From: an uncultured virus (IMG/VR IMGVR_UViG_3300006103_000010)
Lineage: Duplodnaviria > Heunggongvirae > Uroviricota > Caudoviricetes
Length of the DNA: 56,578 bases
Virus record (IMG/VR): IMGVR_UViG_3300006103_000010
Direction: 5' to 3' (one strand)
Numbering within the stretch: the first letter of the stretch is position 1; each line of letters begins with the position of its first letter. The notes beneath the pieces are model-generated. The model did not search any database. It was not told the DNA's origin and worked only from the letters and a program-made list of their open reading frames with translations. Below, piece after piece: positions 28,637 to 38,613 of this stretch. The translations under genes were made by a program, and so were the position numbers.

Positions 28637-29443
28637 ATGGCACTGAAAAAGGGAATGGCAGCTGTTCGTGAAAGCATTGAGCGTTCACAGCGGAGCAGCG
28701 GGCCGAAGACATACACCGAAACCAACTGGTTCTACTGGCGAGCCGGAGAGACTAAGGCTCTCCGCTTCCTGACTGATGCCAACGACATCTTTGTTGTGCC
28801 AGTGCACGAGAATGTCAAGGCAGTTGATGGCAAGAACAAGACGTTCGTTTGCCGTAGCGCATTCGATGCCAGCTGCGAGCTGTGTGCAGCCAAGGCATAC
28901 AAGCGTGACATGGGGTACGGCGTTGCCGTGCTGCGTGAAGAGGTCTACGAAGAGGTTGACGGTCAGCGCAAGCTCACCGGATACCGTGACGTGACCAGCA
29001 CCTACGAAGCAGTTGTCGATGGCAAGACTGTTACCAAGCGCAAGCCTTGGGTCGGCATTGTCAGCCAGGGCATGCGCAACTTCTGGAACCAGATCGCAGT
29101 GATCAATGAGAAGTTCGGTAGTCTTGCTGATCGTGAGATCGAGATCATGCGTACCGGTGCTGGCACCGACACCACCTACATGGCTATTGCCCTGCAGGAA
29201 AAGCCGATTGAAGGAATGGCTGAACGTTATGCCAAGTTTGCCCCTGACGTTGAGGGGTTCCTGAACCGCATTGGTAGCCAAGAGTATTACGACGCACAGC
29301 TGCACGGCATTGTTAAGGAGAAGGAGACTGCCAGTACGGCTGCTTCTATCTCTGACGATGAAGAGTACGCTGACGACGACTACGCTACTATCGATGAGGA
29401 AACTACTGCTGAGCGTCTTGCACGAAAGATGGCCAACAGGTAG
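28637..29443 (+). CDS. Single-stranded DNA-binding protein (gp32-like)
   Basis: LRFL..H..FVC..CELC zinc site, RTGAGTDTTY, acidic tail; lies between primase and polymerase. Confidence 0.75.
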   Translation: MALKKGMAAVRESIERSQRSSGPKTYTETNWFYWRAGETKALRFLTDANDIFVVPVHENVKAVDGKNKTFVCRSAFDASCELCAAKAYKRDMGYGVAVLREEVYEEVDGQRKLTGYRDVTSTYEAVVDGKTVTKRKPWVGIVSQGMRNFWNQIAVINEKFGSLADREIEIMRTGAGTDTTYMAIALQEKPIEGMAERYAKFAPDVEGFLNRIGSQEYYDAQLHGIVKEKETASTAASISDDEEYADDDYATIDEETTAERLARKMANR

Positions 29444-29447
29444 AACT

Positions 29448-29521
29448 GGGTGGGTTATCCGTCAGTGTTAGTCAGTTACTTTGAACCAGTAATGGTGCTG
29501 GCTACCACTGACCCACCCTTT
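29448..29521 (+). terminator. Long interrupted hairpin (terminator or structured leader)
   Basis: Nested pairs GGGTGG/CCACCC, GTCAGTG/CACTGAC, TAGTCAG/CTGGCTA, TTACT/AGTAA, then TTT. Confidence 0.55.
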
Positions 29522-29569
29522 AGTTGATATGCTGTTTAGTAAACCACAAGTAAGTATGAACGGAGCAAC

Positions 29570-32500
29570 ATGTCAGACTCGCTCGTGCATCTGCACACCC
29601 ACAGTGAGCACTCAGCCCTGGACGGGCTCAGCACAGTAGACCAGGTCATTGCCAGAGTAGTTGAGCTTGATCAAGAAGCAGTAGCCATCACTGACCACGG
29701 AGAATGCGGTGGCCACCTTCGCCTGCAGCACGCCGCTGACAAGGCTGGCATCAAGCCAATCTTTGGTATGGAAGGTTACTTCACCGATGATCGCTTTGAT
29801 AAGAGTGGCAAGAAGGGTGAGCTCTACGATCACATGACGGTGATCGCTCTAAACGACACCGGCTTGCGTAACCTGTGGGCACTCAGCAGTATGGCATACC
29901 TCGAGGGTACCTACTACGGTAACCCCAGGTTTGACTGGGAACTTATTGAGCGTTACCAGGAGGGCTTGATCGTCACCGGTGGTTGCATGGGTGGATGTAT
30001 TGGAAAGCACCTGCAAACCGATGGCAGATACGAGAAGGCAGTAGAGCGTATTGGCAGGTTTCAAGCTATCTTTGGTGAGCGTTTCCACCTGGAGCTGCAC
30101 ACCTACATGGATCCTGATAGTGCTGAATGGAATCGTCGTGTTGCTGAGGCAGCGGTTGACTTCAGTGTTCCACTGCTGGCGGTGAGTGACAGTCACTACG
30201 CACGCCCTGAGCAGTGGTTCGCACACGAACTTATGACAGCTGTGCAGATGGGTAAGACTGTACATGATCCCACACGCTTCCACTATGGCCCCAACCAGCT
30301 GTGCATCTTCTCAGAGCATGAGACACGCCAACGGCTGGAGTACCTGCCAGAGGTGTTGGTCGATCAGGCCATCAACAGGACCAATGAGATTGCACAGATG
30401 TGTGACGCAAGAATCCCTGGTGCCAGAAAGATGCCAGTGTTCTTCTCTACTCCTGAGATGGACGAGCGCAAGCTGCGAGAGTATGTAGAGGCTGGCTTTC
30501 AGGAGAAGATCGTTGGCAGCGTGCCAGAAGACATGCTGCAGCAGTACCGTGACCGTTTGGACTACGAGCTGGATGTTATTATCACACGAGGATTCCCTGG
30601 TTACTTCTTAACAGTGCAGGATATTATTTCATGGAGCAAGCGGGAAGGCTTCCTGGTAGGACCCAGCCGTGGCAGTGTTGGTGGTAGCCTACTAGCTTAT
30701 TGTCTTGACATTACTACTGTTGATCCCATCCCTGCTAACCTATTGTTCGAGAGGTTCCTGAACCCCGAACGGGTTAGCATGCCCGATATTGACATCGACA
30801 TGCCAAAGAACGAGCGTCACCTGGTGCGTGAGCATCTGGAGAACAAGTACGGCAAGTACAACATCGCCAGCATTGGTACCATCAACACCCTTGGCCCAAA
30901 GCAAGCCATCAAGGATATCTGTCGTGGCCTGGCGATTGATCGTGATGACACACAAAAGATGTGTGACATTATCGATGATGATTGGAACATTAAGAACCGT
31001 GGTGCAACCTGGGAACAGGTAGTAAAGCAGTACAGCCGTGAGTACACACCATGGATGAACAAGTATCCAGATCTGTTCGAGAACCTGCCAGAGTTTGTCA
31101 ACCATCTGCGCCACACCAGCGCTCATGCAGCTGGCATTGTTCTTAGTAAAGAGTCACTTATTGGTTCTATGCCACTGCGCTTTGCCAAGAACGATGTGCG
31201 CACTCAGTTTGATATGAACGAGGTAGATGAGCTGGGCTTTGTCAAGATCGATCTGTTGGGCCTGCGCACTCTTAGCACACTCATGGAGACACTACGCTTG
31301 ATTCAAGAGAACAATGGTGGCGTACTGCCGTTCGATCACTTCTATGAATGGAACAAGCACTGGGCCAAGTACTACGATGACCCAGCGGTATGGGACAGCA
31401 TCTGTACTGGTCACAACATCGGCTGCTTCCAGATCGAAACATCCAGTCTGCGTGCATTGGTCAAGAGGTTCCAGCCGCGTAGCATCGAAGACCTGTGTAC
31501 CATGATTGCCATCTACCGTCCGGGTATCACCAGAGCGTTCGATCCTGAGACAGGTCTTAACCTGCTCGAGATGTACATGCAGAAGCGTGAGGGGCGTAGG
31601 AAGGTCACCTACAAGCACCCGGAGCTGGAGAAGATCCTGGGTGTGAGCTACGGCAGCTTTGTGTACCAGGAGCAGATCATGGAGACCTGTCATATCCTGG
31701 CGGGTTACACCATCCCTGAGACTGACCGTGTTCGCAAGGCAGTATCCAAGTCCAACTACGAAGACATGTTGGAAGAAGCAGCAGTGTTCATCTCCAAGTG
31801 TGTGGAGCGTGGCATTGAAGAGAAGACAGCACAGTCAATCTTTGATGACATGCGAGCGTTCGGTATGTATGGATTCAACAAGAGCCACGGCTATGGCTAC
31901 AGCATGTTGTCCTACTGGACAGCCTGGATGAAGCACTACTACCCCCGTGAGTACATGACTGCACTGTTCCGTACCAACCCCGCAGAGAACGTTGTATACA
32001 CCCGTGAGGCACGACGCATGGGCATCAAGGTTCTTGGTCCTGACATCAACGAAAGCGGTGACAACTTCACTCTCACCAAGAGTGGTAGCATCCGCTACGG
32101 CCTGAGCAGTGTCAAGTACGTTGCCAGTGCATCGGTAGAGATCCGTAACCTGGGTCCGTACACCAGCATGCAGGACTTCCTTGACCGCGTGCCAGCTCGC
32201 AAGGTGAACAAGCGAGCTGTGCTAGCAATGATCAAGTGCGGAGTGTTTGACAGCATCTGTGGTGATAGTGCTACAGCTCTCAAAGAGTTCTGTACGATCA
32301 GGAAAGAGATCAAGAACCCTGAATTCTGGTGCAATATAGGATGCCAGCACTGTGGCAGCACCGTCAGTACCTATGATTGCTACGCGTATTACCAGGAAAA
32401 GATTGAAGACCGTGGATACCATGAGCAAGAGCTGCTTGGTACTATGGTCAGTGTTGACCCGCTCGCTGACTACATCGCAGTGATTGAGGACGAACACAAC

Positions 32501-32851
32501 TACCCCGGAGAGAAGCTGATGTTCCAGGGCGAGCGTGCTATGCTGGGCGGTATCGTGGTCAAGATCAAGAAGCTGATCACCAAGAAGGGCAAGAACCCTG
32601 GCGCAGAGATGTGCCAGGTCTGGGTAGAGTTGCCGCTACACCAGGAAGAGGATGACTACTTCGCTGATGAAGATGGCGATAGCTCCAGCAAGGATGAGAG
32701 CGTACAGATCGTTGTGTTCCCTGAGGCCTACAAGAGGATCAAGAAAGATCTTGAGACTGGAAAGCCAGTGATCGCAGAGGTAGAGAAGCTCAAGGAAGGG
32801 CTGAGCATGCGTGGGCTGTTCAGACTGGATCTACTAAAGGAAAGTGCATGA
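29570..32851 (+). CDS. dnaE: DNA polymerase III alpha subunit
   Basis: PHP HLHTHSEHSALDG, AITDHG, GPSRGS, PDIDID, KIDLLGL, YQEQIM, FNKSH, OB fold. Confidence 0.98.
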   Translation: MSDSLVHLHTHSEHSALDGLSTVDQVIARVVELDQEAVAITDHGECGGHLRLQHAADKAGIKPIFGMEGYFTDDRFDKSGKKGELYDHMTVIALNDTGLRNLWALSSMAYLEGTYYGNPRFDWELIERYQEGLIVTGGCMGGCIGKHLQTDGRYEKAVERIGRFQAIFGERFHLELHTYMDPDSAEWNRRVAEAAVDFSVPLLAVSDSHYARPEQWFAHELMTAVQMGKTVHDPTRFHYGPNQLCIFSEHETRQRLEYLPEVLVDQAINRTNEIAQMCDARIPGARKMPVFFSTPEMDERKLREYVEAGFQEKIVGSVPEDMLQQYRDRLDYELDVIITRGFPGYFLTVQDIISWSKREGFLVGPSRGSVGGSLLAYCLDITTVDPIPANLLFERFLNPERVSMPDIDIDMPKNERHLVREHLENKYGKYNIASIGTINTLGPKQAIKDICRGLAIDRDDTQKMCDIIDDDWNIKNRGATWEQVVKQYSREYTPWMNKYPDLFENLPEFVNHLRHTSAHAAGIVLSKESLIGSMPLRFAKNDVRTQFDMNEVDELGFVKIDLLGLRTLSTLMETLRLIQENNGGVLPFDHFYEWNKHWAKYYDDPAVWDSICTGHNIGCFQIETSSLRALVKRFQPRSIEDLCTMIAIYRPGITRAFDPETGLNLLEMYMQKREGRRKVTYKHPELEKILGVSYGSFVYQEQIMETCHILAGYTIPETDRVRKAVSKSNYEDMLEEAAVFISKCVERGIEEKTAQSIFDDMRAFGMYGFNKSHGYGYSMLSYWTAWMKHYYPREYMTALFRTNPAENVVYTREARRMGIKVLGPDINESGDNFTLTKSGSIRYGLSSVKYVASASVEIRNLGPYTSMQDFLDRVPARKVNKRAVLAMIKCGVFDSICGDSATALKEFCTIRKEIKNPEFWCNIGCQHCGSTVSTYDCYAYYQEKIEDRGYHEQELLGTMVSVDPLADYIAVIEDEHNYPGEKLMFQGERAMLGGIVVKIKKLITKKGKNPGAEMCQVWVELPLHQEEDDYFADEDGDSSSKDESVQIVVFPEAYKRIKKDLETGKPVIAEVEKLKEGLSMRGLFRLDLLKESA

Positions 32852-32852
32852 C

Positions 32853-32990
32853 ATGGCCAAGCAAGTTGTAAACCCAAAGACATGGAAGTGCCCTAAGTGT
32901 GAGCAAGAGATCACGGCTATTGCTAGTGAGGTCTCTCACAGATGTATCAAGAATAGAAACCGTTTTACTCAATGGGAGGAAGAGGTATGA
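32853..32990 (+). CDS. Small zinc-ribbon protein (45 aa, not in ORF track)
   Basis: WKCPKCEQEI..HRC. Confidence 0.6.
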   Translation: MAKQVVNPKTWKCPKCEQEITAIASEVSHRCIKNRNRFTQWEEEV

Positions 32991-33280
32991 GCTACGCACA
33001 GCTAGAACACTCGCAAGTGAGTATCAATACTCACACATCATTCCAATGCACTGAACCTGTGTGTGCTATTCACAGGCGCACACCTCACCACATGAGGAAC
33101 TTCAGACAGTTTTATATGTTTGACAAGAAGATCATGGCAAGAGTATGCTCGCATGAGATCAAGCACCCTGATCCGGATGACCCTTATGCAATGATCAGTG
33201 ACTTTGTAATGGATCACGATTGTGATGCGTGCTGTATCCGTTTTGCTACAGAGGAAGAGCACTATGGAAATAACGATTGA
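32987..33280 (+). CDS. Cys/His-rich protein related to 18811-19200
   Basis: CAIH..HHMRNF.Q..MARVCSHEIKHPDPDD..CDACC. Confidence 0.7.
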   Translation: MSYAQLEHSQVSINTHTSFQCTEPVCAIHRRTPHHMRNFRQFYMFDKKIMARVCSHEIKHPDPDDPYAMISDFVMDHDCDACCIRFATEEEHYGNND

Positions 33281-33383
33281 CATTCCAGACTATCTATACA
33301 ACAGCCTGGAGAAGCAAGCAGTAAATAGTAGATATACCGTAGAAGAAATAATCATCGACATACTAGAGGAAACATATGGGTAA
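33264..33383 (+). CDS. Ribbon-helix-helix-like miniprotein (39 aa, not in ORF track)
   Basis: MEITIDIPDYLYNSLEKQAVNSRYTVEEIIIDILEE has the CopG/Arc pattern; overlaps the recA start. Confidence 0.55.
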   Translation: MEITIDIPDYLYNSLEKQAVNSRYTVEEIIIDILEETYG

Positions 33384-34491
33384 GCAAGAAGCAATCGATA
33401 AGCTGATCAAGGACCTGAACAAGTTCACTCCTGAGGGCAGCAACAAGCCAGTGGTTCTGCGCGGTGATCAGCTGGAGCGAATCACTGCCATCCCATGCTT
33501 TACACCTTCGCTGGCACACCTGCTGGCTATCGGTGGCTGGCCAGAGGGGAAGCTTATTGAGTTCTTTGGCAAGGAGCACAGTGGCAAGAGTAGCTTTGGG
33601 CTTTTGGCTCTTAAAGACTGCTACGACTACTACGGTGGAGAGAAGATGGTAGCTTATATCGATCTTGAGCACCGATTCAACCCTGAGTGGGCAGAGAAGC
33701 TGGGGCTGAGAATCGATAAGGACATTATTGTTGTACAGCCACCGGATGCTGAGACAGGAACTGACATGATGGTTAGCCTGATCAAGAGCAAAGAGATCTG
33801 TTCAATCGTATGGGATAGCACTGGTGCAGCAGCCACCAAGCACAGCATGCAACAGCTGACCGATAAGGGTGACCGAGTTGGTGGCAACGCTGCAGTGATG
33901 AAGCGTAACGTTCAGACCGTTGCTCCGCTGGCCAACCTGTACGGTGTCACCTGTTTCTATCTTAACCAGTTGCGTGCTGACATGGATGGATACAACAGAC
34001 CCATGACCCCTGGTGGTCACGCTGTCAAGCATGCCATGAGTGTGCGCATCTACCTTCGCCCTGGCAGTGACAAGTACTTTGACAAGATCAACGGTGAGAA
34101 CACTCAGGTTGGTTTCCCTGTTGTGATGAAGACTGTGAAGAACAGTTATGGCCCACCATTCCGTGAGGGCTGGACAGACTTTTACAACCAGCCGTGTGTT
34201 TTTCTGGATCACCCAGGCGTTGATACCCGTAGGGACCTGGCCAGGATGGGTATCCTTCTGGGTGTTGTTCAGCGTCAGGGTTCATGGTTTAGCTGGAAAG
34301 ACCTGAGGGCTCAGGGTCGTGACAGTTTCTTTGAGCTGGTATGGGATAGCGGACGGACTGAAGAGTTCGAAGCGGAGATCGTTGCAGCGACCAAGCGCGG
34401 CAATACTATTGTTGAAGCGGATGCCGCAGATAGTTTCTTTGGTAGGCCGCTCACAACTGACACGGATGACATCCACGACCCGGAGGTATGA
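33376..34491 (+). CDS. recA: RecA-like recombinase
   Basis: GGWPEGKLIEFFGKEHSGKS, YIDLEH, IVWDS, LNQLR, TPGGHAVKH, VKN. Confidence 0.95.
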   Translation: MGKQEAIDKLIKDLNKFTPEGSNKPVVLRGDQLERITAIPCFTPSLAHLLAIGGWPEGKLIEFFGKEHSGKSSFGLLALKDCYDYYGGEKMVAYIDLEHRFNPEWAEKLGLRIDKDIIVVQPPDAETGTDMMVSLIKSKEICSIVWDSTGAAATKHSMQQLTDKGDRVGGNAAVMKRNVQTVAPLANLYGVTCFYLNQLRADMDGYNRPMTPGGHAVKHAMSVRIYLRPGSDKYFDKINGENTQVGFPVVMKTVKNSYGPPFREGWTDFYNQPCVFLDHPGVDTRRDLARMGILLGVVQRQGSWFSWKDLRAQGRDSFFELVWDSGRTEEFEAEIVAATKRGNTIVEADAADSFFGRPLTTDTDDIHDPEV

Positions 34492-34492
34492 T

Positions 34493-34687
34493 ATGGCAAA
34501 GCCACTAGAGTGTGGTAAGTATACACAGCACAAGAAGTGGTCAAGTGACTTTACTTTATGGGCTAGCTTAACCTCATTGACGCTCGGTGCAAAGTTGCAC
34601 ATTAGCCGCAGACATTTTGGTTTACAGATTGGCCTGCTGTTTGTTGGACTTGACCTGGAAGTATGGAAGAGAAAGATGATGTCATGA
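34493..34687 (+). CDS. Hypothetical protein
   Basis: GGAGG SD before ATG 34493. Confidence 0.55.
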   Translation: MAKPLECGKYTQHKKWSSDFTLWASLTSLTLGAKLHISRRHFGLQIGLLFVGLDLEVWKRKMMS

Positions 34688-34962
34688 AGAAGATTATTGT
34701 TACAGTAATTGCTATGTTATTGTCAGCATCCAGTGTGGGCGCTAGTTCACCAGCACGTGTGGTTAATGATGGAGTCCGGTCCTGTCATGCAGGAAAGCTG
34801 GTCACCTGGCACCGGTATTCCAACGGCCATGTTCAGACTACCAGCAAGCAGATGTATGGAAAGACTGAGTTCATCTTGCGAGCTGACCCACAAGGCAGAG
34901 CGATCCCCAAGCCGATCTTGGTAAACTATGTTCCGGGTATTTGTGTTACGGACGTGCTATGA
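34684..34962 (+). CDS. Small protein with signal peptide
   Basis: MKKIIVTVIAMLLSASSVGA is a typical Sec signal. Confidence 0.65.
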   Translation: MKKIIVTVIAMLLSASSVGASSPARVVNDGVRSCHAGKLVTWHRYSNGHVQTTSKQMYGKTEFILRADPQGRAIPKPILVNYVPGICVTDVL

Positions 34963-35196
34963 TTACCATCAATCTGTTAAGAGAAACACGGGATAGCTAC
35001 ATGTTCGGTCTTGAGTTTATTAATGACAGAACTATCTTTGGATCTCGTGGTGTATACATTAACCTGGGTAAGAAAATATTTGGTGTAGAATGGTAGAAGA
35101 AAATCCTGTTGAATACCGTTGCGCAACCTGTGGAAAACAGTATATACTTGGAGAAGACCACTGCAAGCATTGCGGAGAGATTGATAAGGATTAATT

Positions 35197-35403
35197 GTGG
35201 AAGAAGAAGAGGGCGTAGAAATTAACATCAGTGTCGAAGACTGGCCGGATGAGCTGGCTGGTGTCAGGATTGCTGACAAGACATTCATGGTTGACTATGA
35301 GAACAAAAATCTCAAGATCATTGCAGACCCTGTTTGGTCTCTTGAAGGACTGACTAGAAAGGTGAAGCAAGATGGCAGCCAACTCTCGTTCTGGGAAGAC
35401 TGA
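35197..35403 (+). CDS. Hypothetical protein
   Basis: AAGGA SD with GTG start. Confidence 0.55.
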   Translation: MEEEEGVEINISVEDWPDELAGVRIADKTFMVDYENKNLKIIADPVWSLEGLTRKVKQDGSQLSFWED

Positions 35404-35698
35404 GTTCCAGAAGGTGATCGATGAGATCACTGCACTGCATGACAAGAAGCAGGCAGACTACGGCAGAGTGGAACAGGGTGACCCGTTCGCTAACGTAAGA
35501 GCCAGCGAAGACTTTGGCATCGACGGTTGGGTTGGAGCTACCGTTCGTGCCAATGACAAGATGCGCAGGCTGCAGAAGGCTGCACGTCAGGGTCCTGACT
35601 CTCTCAAGAACGAGAGCGTTGAGGATTCACTAATGGATATGGCTGTGTACAGCATCATTGCACTGTGTTTGTTCAGAGAGAAGTACAGCAAAGGATAA
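35372..35698 (+). CDS. DUF1599-like (nucleotide modification-associated, MazG-like helical) protein
   Basis: KKQADYG..DPFAN..RANDKMRRL..ESVEDSLMDMAVYSII. Confidence 0.75.
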   Translation: MAANSRSGKTEFQKVIDEITALHDKKQADYGRVEQGDPFANVRASEDFGIDGWVGATVRANDKMRRLQKAARQGPDSLKNESVEDSLMDMAVYSIIALCLFREKYSKG

Positions 35699-35701
35699 AG
35701 A

Positions 35702-35896
35702 GTGGTCAAGGCAATCACAAAAGCTGAACGTGATAGAATCCGCAAGCGTCATACCGGCAACAATTCTTGTCCTGTGTGCCGTAAGTTTGAGATCAAGGGC
35801 AGGGGAGATAAGAAGTCTGTTGAGATCAGTTCGTACGAGGGAGATTGTGATGCCATCAAGCTGCTCAACTGGGTGGAATCGATGCTAGATGGGTGA
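35702..35896 (+). CDS. Hypothetical protein
   Basis: CPVC..CD; tightly packed with neighbours. Confidence 0.55.
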   Translation: MVKAITKAERDRIRKRHTGNNSCPVCRKFEIKGRGDKKSVEISSYEGDCDAIKLLNWVESMLDG

Positions 35897-36302
35897 ATTC
35901 CAGCGCAGGATGAGCAACAGGCACGAGAAAGATATCGAAGATCTCTGGCCAGCGGGCAAGCGTACCATCGCTAGCGGTGCCAAGTACGAGAAGGGTGATG
36001 TAAAGACAGCTGAGCTTTACAATATCACCTTTGATATCGAATGCAAGTGCACACAAAAGAAGTCGTACAGCATCACAAAAGAAGTGTGGGATACCATCAA
36101 GCAGCATGCCCAGGACAGATCCTGGAACGCCAGGCCAATACTGGCAGTGCGTTTGTATGGTCAAACAGAAGTTGAAGAGAGCTGGGGTACACGAGTCCAT
36201 ACCCCTGAATCCCTAGAGGTTGTTGAAGACCTTGTGGTGATGCAGCTGAATGACTGGCTGGAGTTCTACGATGAATATCTTAGATTAAAAGGAGAAGCAT
36301 GA
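35889..36302 (+). CDS. Holliday junction resolvase-like PD-(D/E)xK nuclease
   Basis: HE..IASGA..KGDV..IECKCTQKKSYSI. Confidence 0.8.
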   Translation: MGEFQRRMSNRHEKDIEDLWPAGKRTIASGAKYEKGDVKTAELYNITFDIECKCTQKKSYSITKEVWDTIKQHAQDRSWNARPILAVRLYGQTEVEESWGTRVHTPESLEVVEDLVVMQLNDWLEFYDEYLRLKGEA

Positions 36303-36601
36303 TGCAGAGCACACCGCAGTACTTTGAAAAGCGTATTGAGGTTCTCGAGCGCAAGGTAGAGGATCTGCAGCTGAAGATTGAAAAGCTTATGAGAAACAAG
36401 ATGCTGTCAGACCGACAGATTGAAGCCATCGAACGCCGAGTGGACCTTTAAGGAGAGACATGGAAAAGAAAATTGAACTAGAGTTTGAAGTAGACAACCC
36501 CAACGAGATGCGTCCCGTTGTGCTCGGCTCAACGAACCTTCTGGAGGATGGCCCAATGGCTTCTGAAGAAGAGATCGCGGAGATGTTCGACAGGGCACTC
36601 A

Positions 36602-37372
36602 ATGACATTTCTTGAGAGAACACTGGCCAGCTACCAGCGCAATGAGATCATCACCCCATACATCGAAGAGGCATTGATCCATGCCGACTGGCCAGAAGAA
36701 TACCCTATCCGGGTGTACAACAAAGAACGCAAGTTCGATAACATGTATCACCCCAGCACAGACATCACCAAGGGTGAGATGCACCTGTACTATAAGTTTC
36801 ACCCGGAGCTCAGGGCTTTCTACAAGGAAGAACGCATCAGCCCCACCCTGCAGATGACCTTCCAGATTGGCAGCGCACTGCACAGCATGATGCAGAGCAT
36901 GCTTATCCACCTGGGGTTCACCAGTGAGGACAGTGTAGAGGTGCGCATCCGTGACGAAGAGCGGATGATTGCCGGAGCTATTGATATCCTGGAACTGACC
37001 ATGCCTAATGGTGAGAGATTCCTGGTTGATATCAAGACCTGCAACAAGCTGCCACTGGAAGCCAGCCACACCTACAGCATGCAGCTGCGCGTTTACCAGG
37101 ACGTTCACCCGGATGCACCCGAGCGCATGGCTCTGCTGTTTGTAGAGAAGAGTTATCCTCACAGGCTGCGTGCGATAGAAGTACAGCCTGATCCTGATGA
37201 ACTAAATAAGTTATATGACAAGTGGAGCAGGGTCAGAGTAGCCATCAGGAACAATGATCCCTCAGAGCTAAAGAGCTGTTGTAACGGGCCAGGCACTGAA
37301 GAGTTCACTGTATGCCCTGCCAAGAGCATCTGCGAACGATGGAGCGAGAATGACAACACCACAAAAGGCTAA
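36602..37372 (+). CDS. Cas4/RecB-like PD-(D/E)xK exonuclease
   Basis: HPS..GSALH..E..GAIDI..VDIKT..QLRVY..C-terminal Cys cluster. Confidence 0.85.
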   Translation: MTFLERTLASYQRNEIITPYIEEALIHADWPEEYPIRVYNKERKFDNMYHPSTDITKGEMHLYYKFHPELRAFYKEERISPTLQMTFQIGSALHSMMQSMLIHLGFTSEDSVEVRIRDEERMIAGAIDILELTMPNGERFLVDIKTCNKLPLEASHTYSMQLRVYQDVHPDAPERMALLFVEKSYPHRLRAIEVQPDPDELNKLYDKWSRVRVAIRNNDPSELKSCCNGPGTEEFTVCPAKSICERWSENDNTTKG

Positions 37373-38009
37373 GGGTTTTAAAAACATTTGTGCATGTGGG
37401 TGTGGCGGTAGTCCTGCTAATCGTAATGCTGAATACATTAGGGGACATAGGCCTTTTGGTAACGACAAATGCTATTCCTGTGGTGAAAAATCATCATCTA
37501 GCAAAAGTAAATATTGTTTAAAATGCAGAGAAGATATACGTAGAGCCACAATGGATAGCTCTAATGAAACAAGAAGAAAAAAATCTGATCCTCGTTTGTC
37601 AGTGGAAATGCCACCAGGAAAATATTTTTGCACTAAATGCCAGGAATATTTGCCAGTATCAAAATTTCATTACAGGAAAGGCAAGCCATCTGGGTACTGT
37701 AAAGAGTGCAGATCTGTTGAGGGGCATTCGAACAGATTAAAAAGAGTTTTTGGCATAACAGCTGACGACTACAATATGATGCTTGATGAGCAAGGTGGAG
37801 CGTGCGCGATTTGTTCAATGATACCAAAGAAAAAAAGACTAGCCGTAGACCACAATCATGCTACAGGGCAAATACGGGGCTTATTATGCTCAAGATGTAA
37901 TCATAGAGTGCTCGGTGGTGCTAAAGAAGATGCTAATATATTACGAAAAGCCGCGGATTATTTAGAAAATCCTCCATGCCAACATCATGGATTTGTAATG
38001 GATATATAA
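37350..38009 (+). CDS. Endonuclease VII-family HNH nuclease
   Basis: CACGCG, zinc fingers, FGIT..QGGACAIC..LAVDHNH..RGLLCSRCN; AT-rich versus neighbours. Confidence 0.9.
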   Translation: MTTPQKAKGFKNICACGCGGSPANRNAEYIRGHRPFGNDKCYSCGEKSSSSKSKYCLKCREDIRRATMDSSNETRRKKSDPRLSVEMPPGKYFCTKCQEYLPVSKFHYRKGKPSGYCKECRSVEGHSNRLKRVFGITADDYNMMLDEQGGACAICSMIPKKKRLAVDHNHATGQIRGLLCSRCNHRVLGGAKEDANILRKAADYLENPPCQHHGFVMDI

Positions 38010-38054
38010 ATATGATATACTCTTTTTATGTAGAGAACTCTTAGGAGAAAAACT

Positions 38055-38612
38055 GTGAGCAATAATTTCAAGAGAGGCCTTGCACCACTAGAGACAGCAC
38101 CTGAGCCTGAGCTGGGCTCTAACCATGACGACAGGTTCAGTGAGATGCATGAGTTTGCTGTGCGTGCATTCACCTGGAAGACAAAACAGGAAGACCTGGC
38201 ACTGCTAGATAGTATCGAACAGGTTGTAGATCAGTTCATGGCGGACTACATGCGCCCGGCTGAGGTTATCATCGCCAGGTTCAACACCGACAAGAGCATG
38301 ACAGTTGATGAGCAGGACCGTTTGTTCCTGAACCTACAGAGTGCTATCACTGCTATCGAAGAAGAAGTTACCAGACGGTATCTCAAGGCGCAGTACGCCT
38401 GGTACATGCTGGATGACAAGTACTGGGCTGCCTGGCGTAAACCTAGTAGTGGAACACAAAAGGATCTTGAAGCTGTTGCCAAGATCGAAACACAGAGTGA
38501 CAGACAGTTTTATTTTGTACAGTATGCAGCCTGGCGTATGATCAACGACAAGGTTCAGAGCATGAAGGCCTCGCAGCGTTATATACAAAACCAATTGTAT
38601 AGACGAGGGTAA
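38055..38612 (+). CDS. Hypothetical helical protein
   Basis: AGGAG SD with GTG start; 185 aa. Confidence 0.7.
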   Translation: MSNNFKRGLAPLETAPEPELGSNHDDRFSEMHEFAVRAFTWKTKQEDLALLDSIEQVVDQFMADYMRPAEVIIARFNTDKSMTVDEQDRLFLNLQSAITAIEEEVTRRYLKAQYAWYMLDDKYWAAWRKPSSGTQKDLEAVAKIETQSDRQFYFVQYAAWRMINDKVQSMKASQRYIQNQLYRRG

Positions 38613-38613
38613 C

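Noticed and set aside
28685..29305. Long antisense ORFs such as 28685-29305, 36599-37162 and 39355-39867
   Set aside because: They lie wholly opposite well-supported genes and show no motifs; shadow ORFs.
29570..34491. Inteins or introns in dnaE or recA
   Set aside because: Normal lengths, continuous motifs and no C..HN-[CST] signature.
36602..37372. CRISPR-Cas system suggested by the Cas4-like nuclease
   Set aside because: No repeat-spacer array or other cas genes seen; solo Cas4-like nucleases are common in phage recombination modules.
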